Shown: positions 1 to 9,435 of the stretch, piece after piece
Position numbering within the stretch: the stretch's first letter is position 1
How the letters are laid out: each line of letters opens with the position of its first letter
Assembly (NCBI GenBank): GCA_036443475.1
Contig: JAZFYH010000067.1
Span: forward strand, 1 to 33,673
Direction: 5' to 3'
Length of the DNA stretch: 33,673 nucleotides
Source of the DNA: Gammaproteobacteria bacterium
Lineage (GTDB): Bacteria > Pseudomonadota > Gammaproteobacteria > Natronospirales > JAZFYH01
Position numbers and translations under genes: made by a program
Notes under the pieces: model-generated
Told to the model about the DNA's origin: nothing
Databases searched by the model: none
The model's input: the letters and a program-made list of their open reading frames with translations, nothing else

Positions 1-2613
1 GGGCTCATTTCTGCCCACCTTGCGGCCATCGCGCGTTATGGGTTGCCTGCTTTCCCCGGAAACGGAACCTCCTGTTGCGGACTCCGCACTTGCATGCTGA
101 AACTGCATGCTCCTCTGCCTGGAGGCCCGGCGCTTGGCTTCCTCCTGTTCAATTTCCTCCTCGCTTCGAACCCGAACCTTGGCAAGAATTGCCACTAAAT
201 TGTGTTTGATTCGATCCAGCATGTCGAAAAACATCTCAAACGCTTCGCGCTTGTATTCTTGCTTTGGATTTTTTTGCGCGTAACCGCGCAGATGAATGCC
301 TTGCCGCAAATAATCCACTGCCGCCAAGTGCTCTTTCCAGAGCGTATCAAGTTCCCTGAGCATGACTGCTTTTTCAAAGTGGCGCATTACCGGTGATCCG
401 ATTTGTTTTTCTTTCTCCGTGTAGGCTGTATCCAGAGCAGTGGCGATTTGCTTTCGCAAATCCTGCTCGGTAATGTTGTCATCTTCTTCAAGCAGTTGTT
501 TCAGCTTGAGCTGCAATCCGAACTCGTGATCGAGGGAATCCTGCAACCCTTCGATATTCCATTGTTCTTCAATACTTTGCGGGGGTATGAACTGGTCAAT
601 AAGACTGTTTATGACCTCTTCCCGGATTCCAACAACAAACTCCGAAATATCGTCAGTAGCCATCAATTCATCACGTTGTTCGTAAATCACCTTGCGTTGC
701 TCGTTAGCGACATCGTCATACTCTAGCAACGCCTTTCGAATATCGAAATTGTGCGCCTCCACCCTTCTTTGTGCGTCTTCAATCCGGCGGCTGACCATGG
801 GGCTGACTATGGCCTCCCCTGGGCGCATACCAAACCGTTGCATCAAGCCCTTCAGTTTTTCGCCCCCGAAAATACGCATGAGATTGTCTTCCAGAGACAG
901 GTAGAACCGGCTGGAACCTGGATCACCTTGTCGACCGGACCGACCGCGTAACTGGTTGTCAATACGCCGAGACTCATGGCGTTCTGTGCCAATAATGTGA
1001 AGCCCACCAGCTTTCAAGACTTGCTCGTGCCGTGTCTGCCACGCTTCACCCGAGACGCCAACCTCCGCATCGAGTTTTCCTCCCAGGACAATATCCGTAC
1101 CGCGACCGGCCATGTTAGTAGCAATGGTTACCGCGCCGGATTGACCAGCCTGGGCAACAATTTCCGCCTCTCTTGCATGCTGCTTTGCGTTCAGCACTTC
1201 ATGCTGAATACCAGCCTTTTTCAATTGGCCGGACAATAACTCAGACGATTCAATTGACGTCGTTCCAACTAAGATGGGCTGTCCACGCTTATCGCAGTCC
1301 TTGATGTCATCGAGTATCGCTTGGTACTTGTCAGCAATAGTCAGATAGATCTGGTCAGGATGATCTTCCCGAATCATTGGCTGGTGAGTGGGAATGACAA
1401 CAACTTCGAGCCCGTAAATCGACTGAAATTCGAAGGCCTCCGTATCGGCCGTACCTGTCATACCTGCAAGCTTGTCGTACATACGGAAGTAATTCTGAAA
1501 CGTAATGGACGCCAGTGTTTGATTTTCAGCCTGGATGTCAACGCCCTCCTTGGCTTCTACTGCCTGATGCAATCCTTCCGACCAACGCCTGCCCGGCATG
1601 GTGCGACCTGTAAATTCGTCGACTATGACAATCTGGCCATCGCTGACAATGTAATCCACATCTAGTTTATAAAGGGTGCGGGCGCGCAATGCGGCGTTGA
1701 CGTGATGCATCAGTCCGATATTTGCCGCGTCGTATAGGCTATCCCCAGCCGTGAGCAACCCAGCATCTACCATCAACTTCTCAACCTTTTGATGGCCTTC
1801 TTCGGTCAGGTAGGCCTGGCGCGTTTTTTCATCAACTGTGAAATCGCCAGGAAAGCTTTCATCTTCTTGTAATTTGAGACGTGGAATGATCTTGTCGACT
1901 TTCAGGTAAAGATCGGTGGAATCATCAACGCGGCCTGAAATAATCAGTGGTGTGCGCGCTTCGTCAATCAAAATCGAGTCAACTTCGTCAACGATGGCAA
2001 ATGATTGGCCGCGCTGTCCCTTATCTTCAGCCGTAAAAACCATATTGTCTCGCAGGTAATCGAAACCAAACTCGTTATTGGTACCGTAAGTGACATCACA
2101 CTCGTAGGCGGCACGCTTGTCGTCTGTTTCTTGGCCACTCTTGATGACGCCGACTGTAAGGCCAAGTACTTCGTACAGCGGACGCATCCAGTCCGCGTCA
2201 CGTTGCGCAAGGTATTCGTTCACCGTGACAACGTGAACACCTTGAGACGAAATCGCGTTCAGGTAGACAGCCAAAGTAGCGACCAGGGTTTTTCCTTCAC
2301 CGGTGCGCATTTCAGCGATTTTGCCGTTATGCAGGGTAATACCGCCCACAAGCTGAACATCAAAGTGGCGCATTGACAGCGTCCGTTGCCCCGCCTCACG
2401 CGCTGCAGCAAAGGCCTCGGGTAACAGCTGATCAAGCGTTTCACCATCGGTGAAACGCTGCCTGAACTCTGTAGTTTTTGCGGCGAGTTCGCTGTCAGAA
2501 AGTCCCCGAAACTGCTCTTCAAGCGAATTGATAAGATTCACCTGCTTTTCCATTGCTTTCAGCAGGCGATCGTTCCGGCTACCAAATATTTTACGCAGTA
2601 AGCTGCGGGTCAT
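1..2613 (-). CDS. secA: Preprotein translocase ATPase SecA, 3'-partial. The C-terminal zinc-finger tail lies beyond position 1.
   Basis: My own reverse-complement translation from the ATG at 2613-2611 gives [23 protein letters not shown]...[13 protein letters not shown]...[11 protein letters not shown]...[21 protein letters not shown]...[15 protein letters not shown]...[32 protein letters not shown]... It stays open for 871 codons to position 1 and ends ...GRKVGRNEP, just before the expected CPCGSG motif. It is missing from the ORF track because no stop codon lies inside the window. A GGAAAG Shine-Dalgarno-like sequence sits 5 nt upstream of the ATG. Confidence 0.97.
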   Translation of the reverse strand, partial: MTRSLLRKIFGSRNDRLLKAMEKQVNLINSLEEQFRGLSDSELAAKTTEFRQRFTDGETLDQLLPEAFAAAREAGQRTLSMRHFDVQLVGGITLHNGKIAEMRTGEGKTLVATLAVYLNAISSQGVHVVTVNEYLAQRDADWMRPLYEVLGLTVGVIKSGQETDDKRAAYECDVTYGTNNEFGFDYLRDNMVFTAEDKGQRGQSFAIVDEVDSILIDEARTPLIISGRVDDSTDLYLKVDKIIPRLKLQEDESFPGDFTVDEKTRQAYLTEEGHQKVEKLMVDAGLLTAGDSLYDAANIGLMHHVNAALRARTLYKLDVDYIVSDGQIVIVDEFTGRTMPGRRWSEGLHQAVEAKEGVDIQAENQTLASITFQNYFRMYDKLAGMTGTADTEAFEFQSIYGLEVVVIPTHQPMIREDHPDQIYLTIADKYQAILDDIKDCDKRGQPILVGTTSIESSELLSGQLKKAGIQHEVLNAKQHAREAEIVAQAGQSGAVTIATNMAGRGTDIVLGGKLDAEVGVSGEAWQTRHEQVLKAGGLHIIGTERHESRRIDNQLRGRSGRQGDPGSSRFYLSLEDNLMRIFGGEKLKGLMQRFGMRPGEAIVSPMVSRRIEDAQRRVEAHNFDIRKALLEYDDVANEQRKVIYEQRDELMATDDISEFVVGIREEVINSLIDQFIPPQSIEEQWNIEGLQDSLDHEFGLQLKLKQLLEEDDNITEQDLRKQIATALDTAYTEKEKQIGSPVMRHFEKAVMLRELDTLWKEHLAAVDYLRQGIHLRGYAQKNPKQEYKREAFEMFFDMLDRIKHNLVAILAKVRVRSEEEIEQEEAKRRASRQRSMQFQHASAESATGGSVSGESRQPITRDGRKVGRNEP

Positions 2614-2739
2614 GGACTTTCCAAATTCTTCGAGTTGATCAATATTCCTTCCTGAGACACATTTTAGGCCCCGGTAAACGCCGGTAAAACGTTCAGTTTC
2701 GCAAATGGGTAGAAATTGGCTACAACGGGGAACGAAATG

Positions 2740-3657
2740 TCATGGCTTGATGAAATTCAGCGGATTCACTACCTTGCCATTGTACAGTACTTCAAAATGC
2801 ACATGCGGCGCCGTGGCGCGACCACTTTCACCCATCCTTGCAATCACTTGGCCTTTCTTTACCGTGTCGCCGACATTCATCATGATTTTCGAATTATGGG
2901 CATAACGGGTTGCGTAACCATTGCCGTGATTAATTTCCACCATTTGGCCATAGCCGTAACGCGGCCCGGCCCAGGTCACCACGCCTGCGCCAACGGCGTA
3001 AATTTCTGACCCGAACTTGCCAGCAAAATCGACGCCGTAGTGCCTGGCGAGTTTCCCGGTGAACGGATCCGTCCTGACTCCAAAATACGAGGACAACCAG
3101 CCACTTTTTATCGGTCGCCCAGCCGGTTGAACTTTATTTTGCAGATTGCGGTTAATTATTAGGTTTTCAAGTACTGCCAGTTGCCTTTCCCGATCCTCGA
3201 TCTGCAAGCTCAGAGTTTCCAGAGTACGCACAAAATTAATTGCTGGCACAATGCTGCCGTCCTCGATGATTTCAGGACCGCCTTGCGCCGGTGGACTAGT
3301 GAAGTTGAACTCACCCTCTTCGAGACCAGCCATGGTTGTTAGTCGTTCGCCCAGCGCGTCAAGACGTATTACATGCGCATTGAGCTCGGCCAATCTGATT
3401 GATAGGGCATCGATGCTGCTCTCGGCTTCTTCCCTCACACCTGCGACCTGGGCCTTCTGTTCTGCAAGTTCCTGGCGCAATTCAGAAACGGAAAGGGCGG
3501 GTGCAAGCAGGGAGTAGAAATTACCGGCAAAGAACCCTACGGCCACAAATATACCGACACCAATACTCACGACCAGGCCAAACAACATACGCGCGGAAAA
3601 CTGTCCCAGGTCAACCTGATGCCGTTTGCCACGCTTTGTAAATACAATAATATTCAT
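2740..3657 (-). CDS. M23 (LytM-domain) metallopeptidase with an N-terminal membrane anchor and a central coiled coil
   Basis: 305-aa ORF. It has a hydrophobic N-terminal segment (MLFGLVVSIGVGIFVAVGFFAG) and heptad-like coiled-coil stretches (ELRQELAEQKAQV..., LQIEDRERQLAVLENL). The C-terminal LytM domain keeps its metal ligands intact: HxxxD (HYGVD) and HxH (HVHFE). The position between secA and lpxC is typical of many Gammaproteobacteria. Confidence 0.9.
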   Translation of the reverse strand: MNIIVFTKRGKRHQVDLGQFSARMLFGLVVSIGVGIFVAVGFFAGNFYSLLAPALSVSELRQELAEQKAQVAGVREEAESSIDALSIRLAELNAHVIRLDALGERLTTMAGLEEGEFNFTSPPAQGGPEIIEDGSIVPAINFVRTLETLSLQIEDRERQLAVLENLIINRNLQNKVQPAGRPIKSGWLSSYFGVRTDPFTGKLARHYGVDFAGKFGSEIYAVGAGVVTWAGPRYGYGQMVEINHGNGYATRYAHNSKIMMNVGDTVKKGQVIARMGESGRATAPHVHFEVLYNGKVVNPLNFIKP

Positions 3658-3709
3658 TCTGTTATCGTTGTTGTCCTGTTGTTCCAGTTACATGTTCTAA
3701 AATCAAATT

Positions 3710-4174
3710 GTGCCTATCGTAAAATTAAAACAAATCCTTTTTGGGCCAGAATCAACCCTGTCCCGCCTGTCCGCTTCCGTCGCCAGTCACGAAGCTTTGC
3801 TGATCCGCGTGCGCCGCGTACTACCTGAACCCATTACCCGCCACTGTATTGCCGTATCCGTCGACGGTGACATGCTGGTCATCGTGACCGATTCTGCCTC
3901 CTGGGCAACCCAGCTGCGTTTTCATGAACAGACCGTCCTTTCAGATCTTGCTACCGACAAGCCTTTTAAAGGCATCCGCCGCTTATCTGTCCGAGTCAGG
4001 ATGGGCCGGGACACTCCTGCAACTGAAATCGACCTTCACCCTGATAACAAGATTTCGACCCAAGGTCGAAATATTATTAATTCCTGCGCCAACTCAATAA
4101 CGGATAAACCGTTATCCAATGCGCTCCGCCGCCTGGCTCGATACGCGTCCGGCAAATCCGATCAGCCAGAGTAA
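3710..4174 (+). CDS. DUF721 / DciA-family protein (putative replicative helicase loader family)
   Basis: 154-aa ORF with a GTG start. The central motif [35 protein letters not shown] matches the DUF721 signature as I remember it. The gene is divergent from the M23 peptidase gene and lies next to lpxC, a position I recall for this family in Gammaproteobacteria. The family assignment comes from motif memory, not from a search. Confidence 0.7.
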   Translation: MPIVKLKQILFGPESTLSRLSASVASHEALLIRVRRVLPEPITRHCIAVSVDGDMLVIVTDSASWATQLRFHEQTVLSDLATDKPFKGIRRLSVRVRMGRDTPATEIDLHPDNKISTQGRNIINSCANSITDKPLSNALRRLARYASGKSDQPE

Positions 4175-5073
4175 ACCGGTGCCATATAGGAAATAGGCGC
4201 GTCTTTCTCGTCGTCAAAAGTTACTTCTTCCCAAGCGTTGGTCTGCGCCAATAGCTCGCGCAGCAGCTTGTTGTTCAGTTCGTGCCCGGACTTATACCCT
4301 GTGTAGGCGCCTATCAAACTGTGACCAAGCATGTAGAGATCACCAATTGCGTCCAGCACCTTATGTTTTACAAACTCGTCTTCGTAGCGCAAACCGTCTT
4401 CATTAATCACCCGGAAATCGTCGACAACAATAGCATTGTCCAGTGAGCCGCCCAGGGCCAGGTTGCGTTCACGCAGCATTTCGTAGTCGCGCATGAATCC
4501 GAACGTCCGGGCGCGGGAGACCTCTTTTACAACTGAAGTAGTGGAGAAATCGACTGTAGCCAGCTGAGTGTGTTTTTTGAAAACCGGGTGATCGAATTCG
4601 ATCTCAAAACTGACCTTGAAGCCGTCAAACGGATCAAAACGGGCCCATTTGTCGGTCATTTCGACAATGACTGGCTTAATGATACGTATGAATTTTTTGG
4701 CTTTGGCTTGCTCTTCAATGCCCGCCGATTGCAGCAGGAATACGAACGGCCCGGCACTGCCGTCCATGATGGGCACCTCTGCGGCACTCAAGTCAACGGT
4801 GGCATTGTCTATACCGAGTCCGGCAAATGCGGACAGGAGATGTTCTACCGTGGAAATACGGACACCATCTTTGACTAGGGTGGATGACAACGCGGTATCG
4901 CCTACATTTTTGGCGTAGGCCTTGATTTCAACGGGTTCGTCGAGATCCACGCGTCGGAATGTAATACCCGCGTCCACCGGTGCTGGTCTTAGCGTCATGT
5001 AGACCTTTTCACCTGTGTGAAGGCCCACGCCAGTGGCACGTATGACATTTTTAAGCGTTCGCTGCTTTACCAT
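4162..5073 (-). CDS. lpxC: UDP-3-O-acyl-N-acetylglucosamine deacetylase
   Basis: 303-aa ORF starting [32 protein letters not shown]..., with ...[16 protein letters not shown]... and ...[15 protein letters not shown]... These are canonical LpxC motifs. It lies directly downstream of ftsZ, as in E. coli and Pseudomonas. Confidence 0.97.
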   Translation of the reverse strand: MVKQRTLKNVIRATGVGLHTGEKVYMTLRPAPVDAGITFRRVDLDEPVEIKAYAKNVGDTALSSTLVKDGVRISTVEHLLSAFAGLGIDNATVDLSAAEVPIMDGSAGPFVFLLQSAGIEEQAKAKKFIRIIKPVIVEMTDKWARFDPFDGFKVSFEIEFDHPVFKKHTQLATVDFSTTSVVKEVSRARTFGFMRDYEMLRERNLALGGSLDNAIVVDDFRVINEDGLRYEDEFVKHKVLDAIGDLYMLGHSLIGAYTGYKSGHELNNKLLRELLAQTNAWEEVTFDDEKDAPISYMAPVYSG

Positions 5074-5102
5074 TCTGCTGTTTTGATCCGATTTTTTTGC
5101 GC

Positions 5103-5138
5103 AAAATAAAACCGGATGGAAAGCTCCACGACCACCGG
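5103..5138 (-). terminator. Terminator-like hairpin plus U-tract inside the ftsZ-lpxC spacer (lpxC leader)
   Basis: The minus strand reads CCGGTGG-TCGTGGAGCTTT-CCATCCGG followed by TTTTATTTT. That is a 7-bp stem with one bulge and a 12-nt loop. The element ends about 30 nt upstream of the lpxC ATG. Function is unknown; it could be an ftsZ terminator or an attenuator. Confidence 0.3.
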
Positions 5139-5298
5139 TTCGATCCGACCGCCACTACGTCCTAGGGCGACCACGATACATCCCAAAGTTAGGCCTCTCC
5201 GTTCAAAGCGCGCGCAGGGGCGGCTACAGTAGCATAGTCACAAAAATCAACGCAACTCCCTGATTCACAAAAACTATCCGCTATTTTTCCCCTCCGAA

Positions 5299-6444
5299 TC
5301 AGTCTGCCTGGCGGCGAAGGAATGCGGGCACATCCAGAAGCGATTCTGCGTCATCTGTCGCCACCAGATTGTCGCCCACCGCACGTTTGCGCATAACGGT
5401 CGGTTTATCGAGCTCGGCGTAGTCCACTTCGCCATTGGCTCCCCTAGGCACCGCCCTAACCTGCGGCGATTCGTGGCGGACGACTTGTGGACGGCCAAGA
5501 CCGGTTGCTACCACCGTGACCCGCATTTCGCCACTCATTTGTGGATCGATTACGGTTCCGATTACCACCGTGGCATCATCTGAGGCAAATTCCTTAATGG
5601 CATTTCCCACTTCCTCGAATTCACCAATGGCCATGTCCATCCCGGCAGTAATGTTCACCAGGATGCCGCGGGCTCCTGAAAGATTGATCTCATCCAGGAG
5701 CGGGCTGGAGACCGCCATGTCGGCGGCTTCGCGAGCCCGATCCGTGTCCGAGGAAACCCCAGTGCCCATCATGGCCATGCCCATTTCGGACATGACGGTC
5801 CTGACATCGGCAAAGTCAACGTTAATTAGACCCGGCCGGGTGATCAGCTCCGCAATGCCCTGCACCGCACCTAGCAGTACATTGTTGGCCGTTTTGAAGG
5901 CATCGAGCAGCGTGGTGGTACCGCCCAGCACTTCGAGCAGCTTTTCGTTGGGAATGGTTATCAACGAATCCACGTACTTGCTCAGTTCATCCATGCCACG
6001 CGCCGCGACTTCCATCCGCTTGCGACCTTCAAAGCCGAATGGCTTGGTTACCACCGCAACCGTCAAAATGCCCAACTCCTTTGCCGTCTGCGCAATCACA
6101 GGGGTCGCACCGGTACCGGTTCCACCACCCATGCCGGCTGTGATGAACAGCATGTCCGTACCTTCGATCAGCTCGACAATCCGGTCACGATCTTCTGTGG
6201 CTGCCTGCCGCCCGATATCCGGGTTGGAGCCTGCACCCAACCCCTTAGTGATATTGCAGCCAATCTGTAGGGTGGTACGGGTATGGGTGTTCATCAGCGC
6301 CTGAGCGTCAGTATTGGTACAAACAAAATCAACGCCCTCGATCCCTGCATTCACCATGTGTTGCACGGCATTACCGCCACCGCCTCCTACGCCCATCACC
6401 TTGATGATGGCGTTTTGACTATATCCATCCATCAGTTCAAACAT
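5299..6444 (-). CDS. ftsZ: Cell division GTPase FtsZ
   Basis: 381-aa ORF with the tubulin signature GGGTGTG (ITAGMGGGTGTGATPVIA), the N-terminal IKVMGVGGGGGNAV, and the conserved C-terminal peptide DVPAFLRRQAD. Confidence 0.98.
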   Translation of the reverse strand: MFELMDGYSQNAIIKVMGVGGGGGNAVQHMVNAGIEGVDFVCTNTDAQALMNTHTRTTLQIGCNITKGLGAGSNPDIGRQAATEDRDRIVELIEGTDMLFITAGMGGGTGTGATPVIAQTAKELGILTVAVVTKPFGFEGRKRMEVAARGMDELSKYVDSLITIPNEKLLEVLGGTTTLLDAFKTANNVLLGAVQGIAELITRPGLINVDFADVRTVMSEMGMAMMGTGVSSDTDRAREAADMAVSSPLLDEINLSGARGILVNITAGMDMAIGEFEEVGNAIKEFASDDATVVIGTVIDPQMSGEMRVTVVATGLGRPQVVRHESPQVRAVPRGANGEVDYAELDKPTVMRKRAVGDNLVATDDAESLLDVPAFLRRQAD

Positions 6445-6478
6445 GTCGATACTCCTCTGTGACCCTTATCGGTTGTTT

Positions 6479-7714
6479 CTAAAAATTTCCTTGGAACCAT
6501 CCCTTCATCCGGTCCCAAATTTCTCGAATTCCTCCACTCATTCCACTACCCACACCGGGTTGTGCAGAGCCTTGTGAACCAAACAACAGCAGGCCAACGC
6601 CTGTTGCGTGAATGGGATTGCGCACCACTTCGGATAAGCCGGAGACGTAAGATGGGTAACCGAGCCGCACTGGCATGTGGAACACTTCTTCAGCAAGGTC
6701 GACTGCACCTTCCATCTTGCTGCTGCCCCCGGTCACCACCACACCGGCCGCGATAAGGTCTTCAAAGCCACTGCGCCGTAATTCAGCTTGTATCAGACTG
6801 AACAATTCCTCATAACGAGGCTCAATCACCTCAGAAAGCGTTTGGCGTGCCAACCGCCGCGGCGGTCGATCGCCGACGCTTGGCACCTCGATGGTTTCTT
6901 CCACGCTTGAAAGTTGTGACAAGGCGCAGCCGTATTTGACTTTGATTTCTTCTGCGTACTGGGTCGGCGTTCGCAAAGCCACGGCGATATCATTAGTAAC
7001 CTGGTCACCGGCAATTGGAATGACGGCCGTGTGACGAATTGCTCCCTCGGTGAAAACAACAATATCCGTCGTACCGCCGCCGCAATCCACGATGCAAACA
7101 CCAAGGTCTTTTTCGTCTTCAGTGAGTACAGAGAAACTCCCCGCAAGTTGCTCGAGAATAATGTCGTCAACTTCCAGGCCACAACGACGTACGCACTTAA
7201 TAATGTTTTGTGCTGCAGATAACGCACCAGTAACAATGTGAACCTTTGCCTCTAGGCGAACACCCGACATGCCGATTGGTTCACGTATTCCATCCTGGTT
7301 ATCAATAATGAATTCCTGCGGCAGGATGTGCAGAATTTTCTGGTCAGCGGGAATCGCCACGGCTCTAGCTGCGTCAATAACCCGCTCGACGTCACCTGCG
7401 GTTACCTCCTTATCACGAATTGCTACAATGCCATGCGAGTTCAGGCTTCTGACATGGCTACCGGCAATTCCTGCAAACACAGAGTGGATTTGACAACCTG
7501 CCATTAGTTCGGCTTCTTCCACCGCACGTTGAATCGATTGCACGGTGGATTCGATATTGACCACTACACCGCGCTTCAAGCCGCGCGATGGGTGTGTGCC
7601 GATACCAATAATCTCGATTTCGTTGCCGTCCTTGACCTCGCCCACGATGGCGACAACTTTCGAGGTGCCGATATCCAGCCCGACTATCAGGTTCTTGTCA
7701 GATTTCTTGGGCAT
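6479..7714 (-). CDS. ftsA: Cell division protein FtsA (actin-like ATPase)
   Basis: 411-aa ORF with LIVGLDIGTSKVVAIVGE and DCGGGTTDIVVF phosphate-binding motifs and a C-terminal amphipathic helix (IWDRMKGWFQGNF). It lies between ftsQ and ftsZ. Confidence 0.97.
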   Translation of the reverse strand: MPKKSDKNLIVGLDIGTSKVVAIVGEVKDGNEIEIIGIGTHPSRGLKRGVVVNIESTVQSIQRAVEEAELMAGCQIHSVFAGIAGSHVRSLNSHGIVAIRDKEVTAGDVERVIDAARAVAIPADQKILHILPQEFIIDNQDGIREPIGMSGVRLEAKVHIVTGALSAAQNIIKCVRRCGLEVDDIILEQLAGSFSVLTEDEKDLGVCIVDCGGGTTDIVVFTEGAIRHTAVIPIAGDQVTNDIAVALRTPTQYAEEIKVKYGCALSQLSSVEETIEVPSVGDRPPRRLARQTLSEVIEPRYEELFSLIQAELRRSGFEDLIAAGVVVTGGSSKMEGAVDLAEEVFHMPVRLGYPSYVSGLSEVVRNPIHATGVGLLLFGSQGSAQPGVGSGMSGGIREIWDRMKGWFQGNF

Positions 7715-8501
7715 TCAAGTCTTCCTCTTTGTTTAATTCGCTTGTATGTATAAACGGCTGGTTCCATTTGACGGCAAAACCGTTTGAATACCGGAAATCT
7801 AGCTGCTCAATTTTTTTCCCATGTGTTGCCAGTAACGGCGCGGCATGTCTTGCAAAACGTTGCAGCCTACCGTCAATATCCTCAACACCCAGGATTACCG
7901 TGACGCCTGTATACGTTTCCAGCCGAAACGAACGCCGATTGCTGAGAGTCAGTTTCGCGAAATCAAGTTCGGTACCGCCAAGAATCGATTTGAACTGACC
8001 GTAACGAGTTAAAAGGTAGGATTGTGTTCCATCGGGACCATCAAGCCTTGGCAGCGTTTCGAATTCTGCCCGGGTTGAACCAAATATTTCACCGTTGGCG
8101 TTAAGCAGTTTTTCACTGCGCCACACGGCTACAGGTGTTTCTTCAGTTATTTCGATAACCAGTGTCGCCGGCCATTCACGACGTACACGCGCATCACGTA
8201 CCCATTCGATTCGCTTGACCGATTCGCGCAATCCGACAAGATTCACTCTAAGAAAACCGGCTTTCGCATGTTCCTTTGCAATTTCCTGTACATACCCAAC
8301 CTGCACAAAGCGGAAATTCCCGGTTATCAGAAGCGTTTTGAATTCGATGAACCCGATGTCACTCAATATGGCTCGTCCATTCATGAACAACAACGCCAGG
8401 CCAAGAACCAGAGCCGGCATGACGTAACCGCGCAGTTTTTGCCAACCACCACGACTGACTTCTCCGACTTGCCTTGATCGATTGTCAATTACGCGTTGCA
8501 T
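7698..8501 (-). CDS. ftsQ: Cell division protein FtsQ (POTRA domain)
   Basis: 267-aa ORF with one N-terminal TM segment (VMPALVLGLALLFMNG) followed by a POTRA-like region (LRESVKRIEWVRDARVRREWPATLVIEITEETPVAVW). Position is ddl-ftsQ-ftsA. It overlaps each neighbour by 17 nt. Confidence 0.9.
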   Translation of the reverse strand: MQRVIDNRSRQVGEVSRGGWQKLRGYVMPALVLGLALLFMNGRAILSDIGFIEFKTLLITGNFRFVQVGYVQEIAKEHAKAGFLRVNLVGLRESVKRIEWVRDARVRREWPATLVIEITEETPVAVWRSEKLLNANGEIFGSTRAEFETLPRLDGPDGTQSYLLTRYGQFKSILGGTELDFAKLTLSNRRSFRLETYTGVTVILGVEDIDGRLQRFARHAAPLLATHGKKIEQLDFRYSNGFAVKWNQPFIHTSELNKEEDLNAQEI

Positions 8502-9435
8502 ACATCGTCTCTTCCAGAATCAGCCACACCAACTCTTTGAAATCGATACCGATAGCGCTTGCAGCCATGGGAATGAGGCTGTGATCCGTCATTCCTGGCT
8601 GCGTATTGGCTTCCAACAACCAGGGGTTGCCTTGCTCATCCAGCATGAAATCAACGCGTCCCCAACCTCGTGCCTTTAATGCCTCGAAAGCGCGCATACT
8701 TAGTTCGCCAAATCGCTTCTCCGCGTTTGCATCCAGCCCGCTCGGGCAGTAGTAACGGGTCGAATCTGAGAAATACTTTGCCTCGTAGTCATAAAATTCC
8801 CGCGGCGTTTCGATCCGAATAATTGGCATAACTCGATTGTCCAAAATGCAGGTTGTGTACTCGGGTCCGGTAATCCATTTTTCCAGCAGCACGAAATCCT
8901 CGAAACGTTTGGCTTCCAGGAATGCGGCCTCGAGCTGTTTTTCGTTATCCACCTTGGTCATGCCAAGACTGGATCCCTCGTGAACCGGCTTGGCACACAA
9001 CGGAAATCCGATTTCACGACCAACGCGGCCCAGTTCAGCAGCATCTGAAACAGCCAGACTGGGGGGTGAAGGTAGATTCACGGCACTCCAAATCTGTTTT
9101 GTCAGAACCTTGTCCATGCACAGCGCAGACCCCAATACACCACTTCCTGTATACGGAATTCCAAGCACTTCCAGCACGCCTTGGATAACGCCGTCTTCAC
9201 CACCAGGGCCATGCAAGATATTGAAGACGCGGTCAAAGTTGCCTGTTTGCAGAGTTGTCAGAAAGTCTCCGGTCGCATCAAGCTTGTGCGCCTCAATTCC
9301 TGATTCCTTTAACCCCGCGAGCACCTGGTTGCCGCTCTTGAGTGAGATTTCCCGTTCGGCGGAATCGCCCCCCATCAAAACGGCGACTCTGCCAAAGGCT
9401 TCAGGATCGGTAACTGTTCTTTTGAACTCAGTCAT
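8485..9435 (-). CDS. ddl: D-alanine--D-alanine ligase
   Basis: ATP-grasp Ddl motifs are present: VAVLMGGDSAEREISLKSG, FNILHGPGGEDGVIQGVLE and EANTQPGMT. I prefer the ATG at 9435 (MTEFKR...) over the TTG at 9450 used by the track. Confidence 0.95.
   Translation of the reverse strand: MTEFKRTVTDPEAFGRVAVLMGGDSAEREISLKSGNQVLAGLKESGIEAHKLDATGDFLTTLQTGNFDRVFNILHGPGGEDGVIQGVLEVLGIPYTGSGVLGSALCMDKVLTKQIWSAVNLPSPPSLAVSDAAELGRVGREIGFPLCAKPVHEGSSLGMTKVDNEKQLEAAFLEAKRFEDFVLLEKWITGPEYTTCILDNRVMPIIRIETPREFYDYEAKYFSDSTRYYCPSGLDANAEKRFGELSMRAFEALKARGWGRVDFMLDEQGNPWLLEANTQPGMTDHSLIPMAASAIGIDFKELVWLILEETMYATRN

Noticed and set aside
202-2638. About a dozen 60-125 aa ORFs listed across the first 2.6 kb
   Set aside because: All lie in shadow frames of the intact minus-strand secA reading frame, and none has recognisable motifs.
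5132-5152. GGTTCGATCC, a motif resembling a tRNA T-arm, in the ftsZ-lpxC spacer
   Set aside because: No complementary T-stem, acceptor stem or anticodon arm can be built around it. The segment fits better as one strand of the terminator-like hairpin.
5435-6304. 289-aa plus-strand ORF
   Set aside because: It is antisense to ftsZ over its whole length. Its composition is low-complexity and rich in Ser/Pro/Ala/Thr, typical of a shadow ORF opposite a strongly codon-biased gene.
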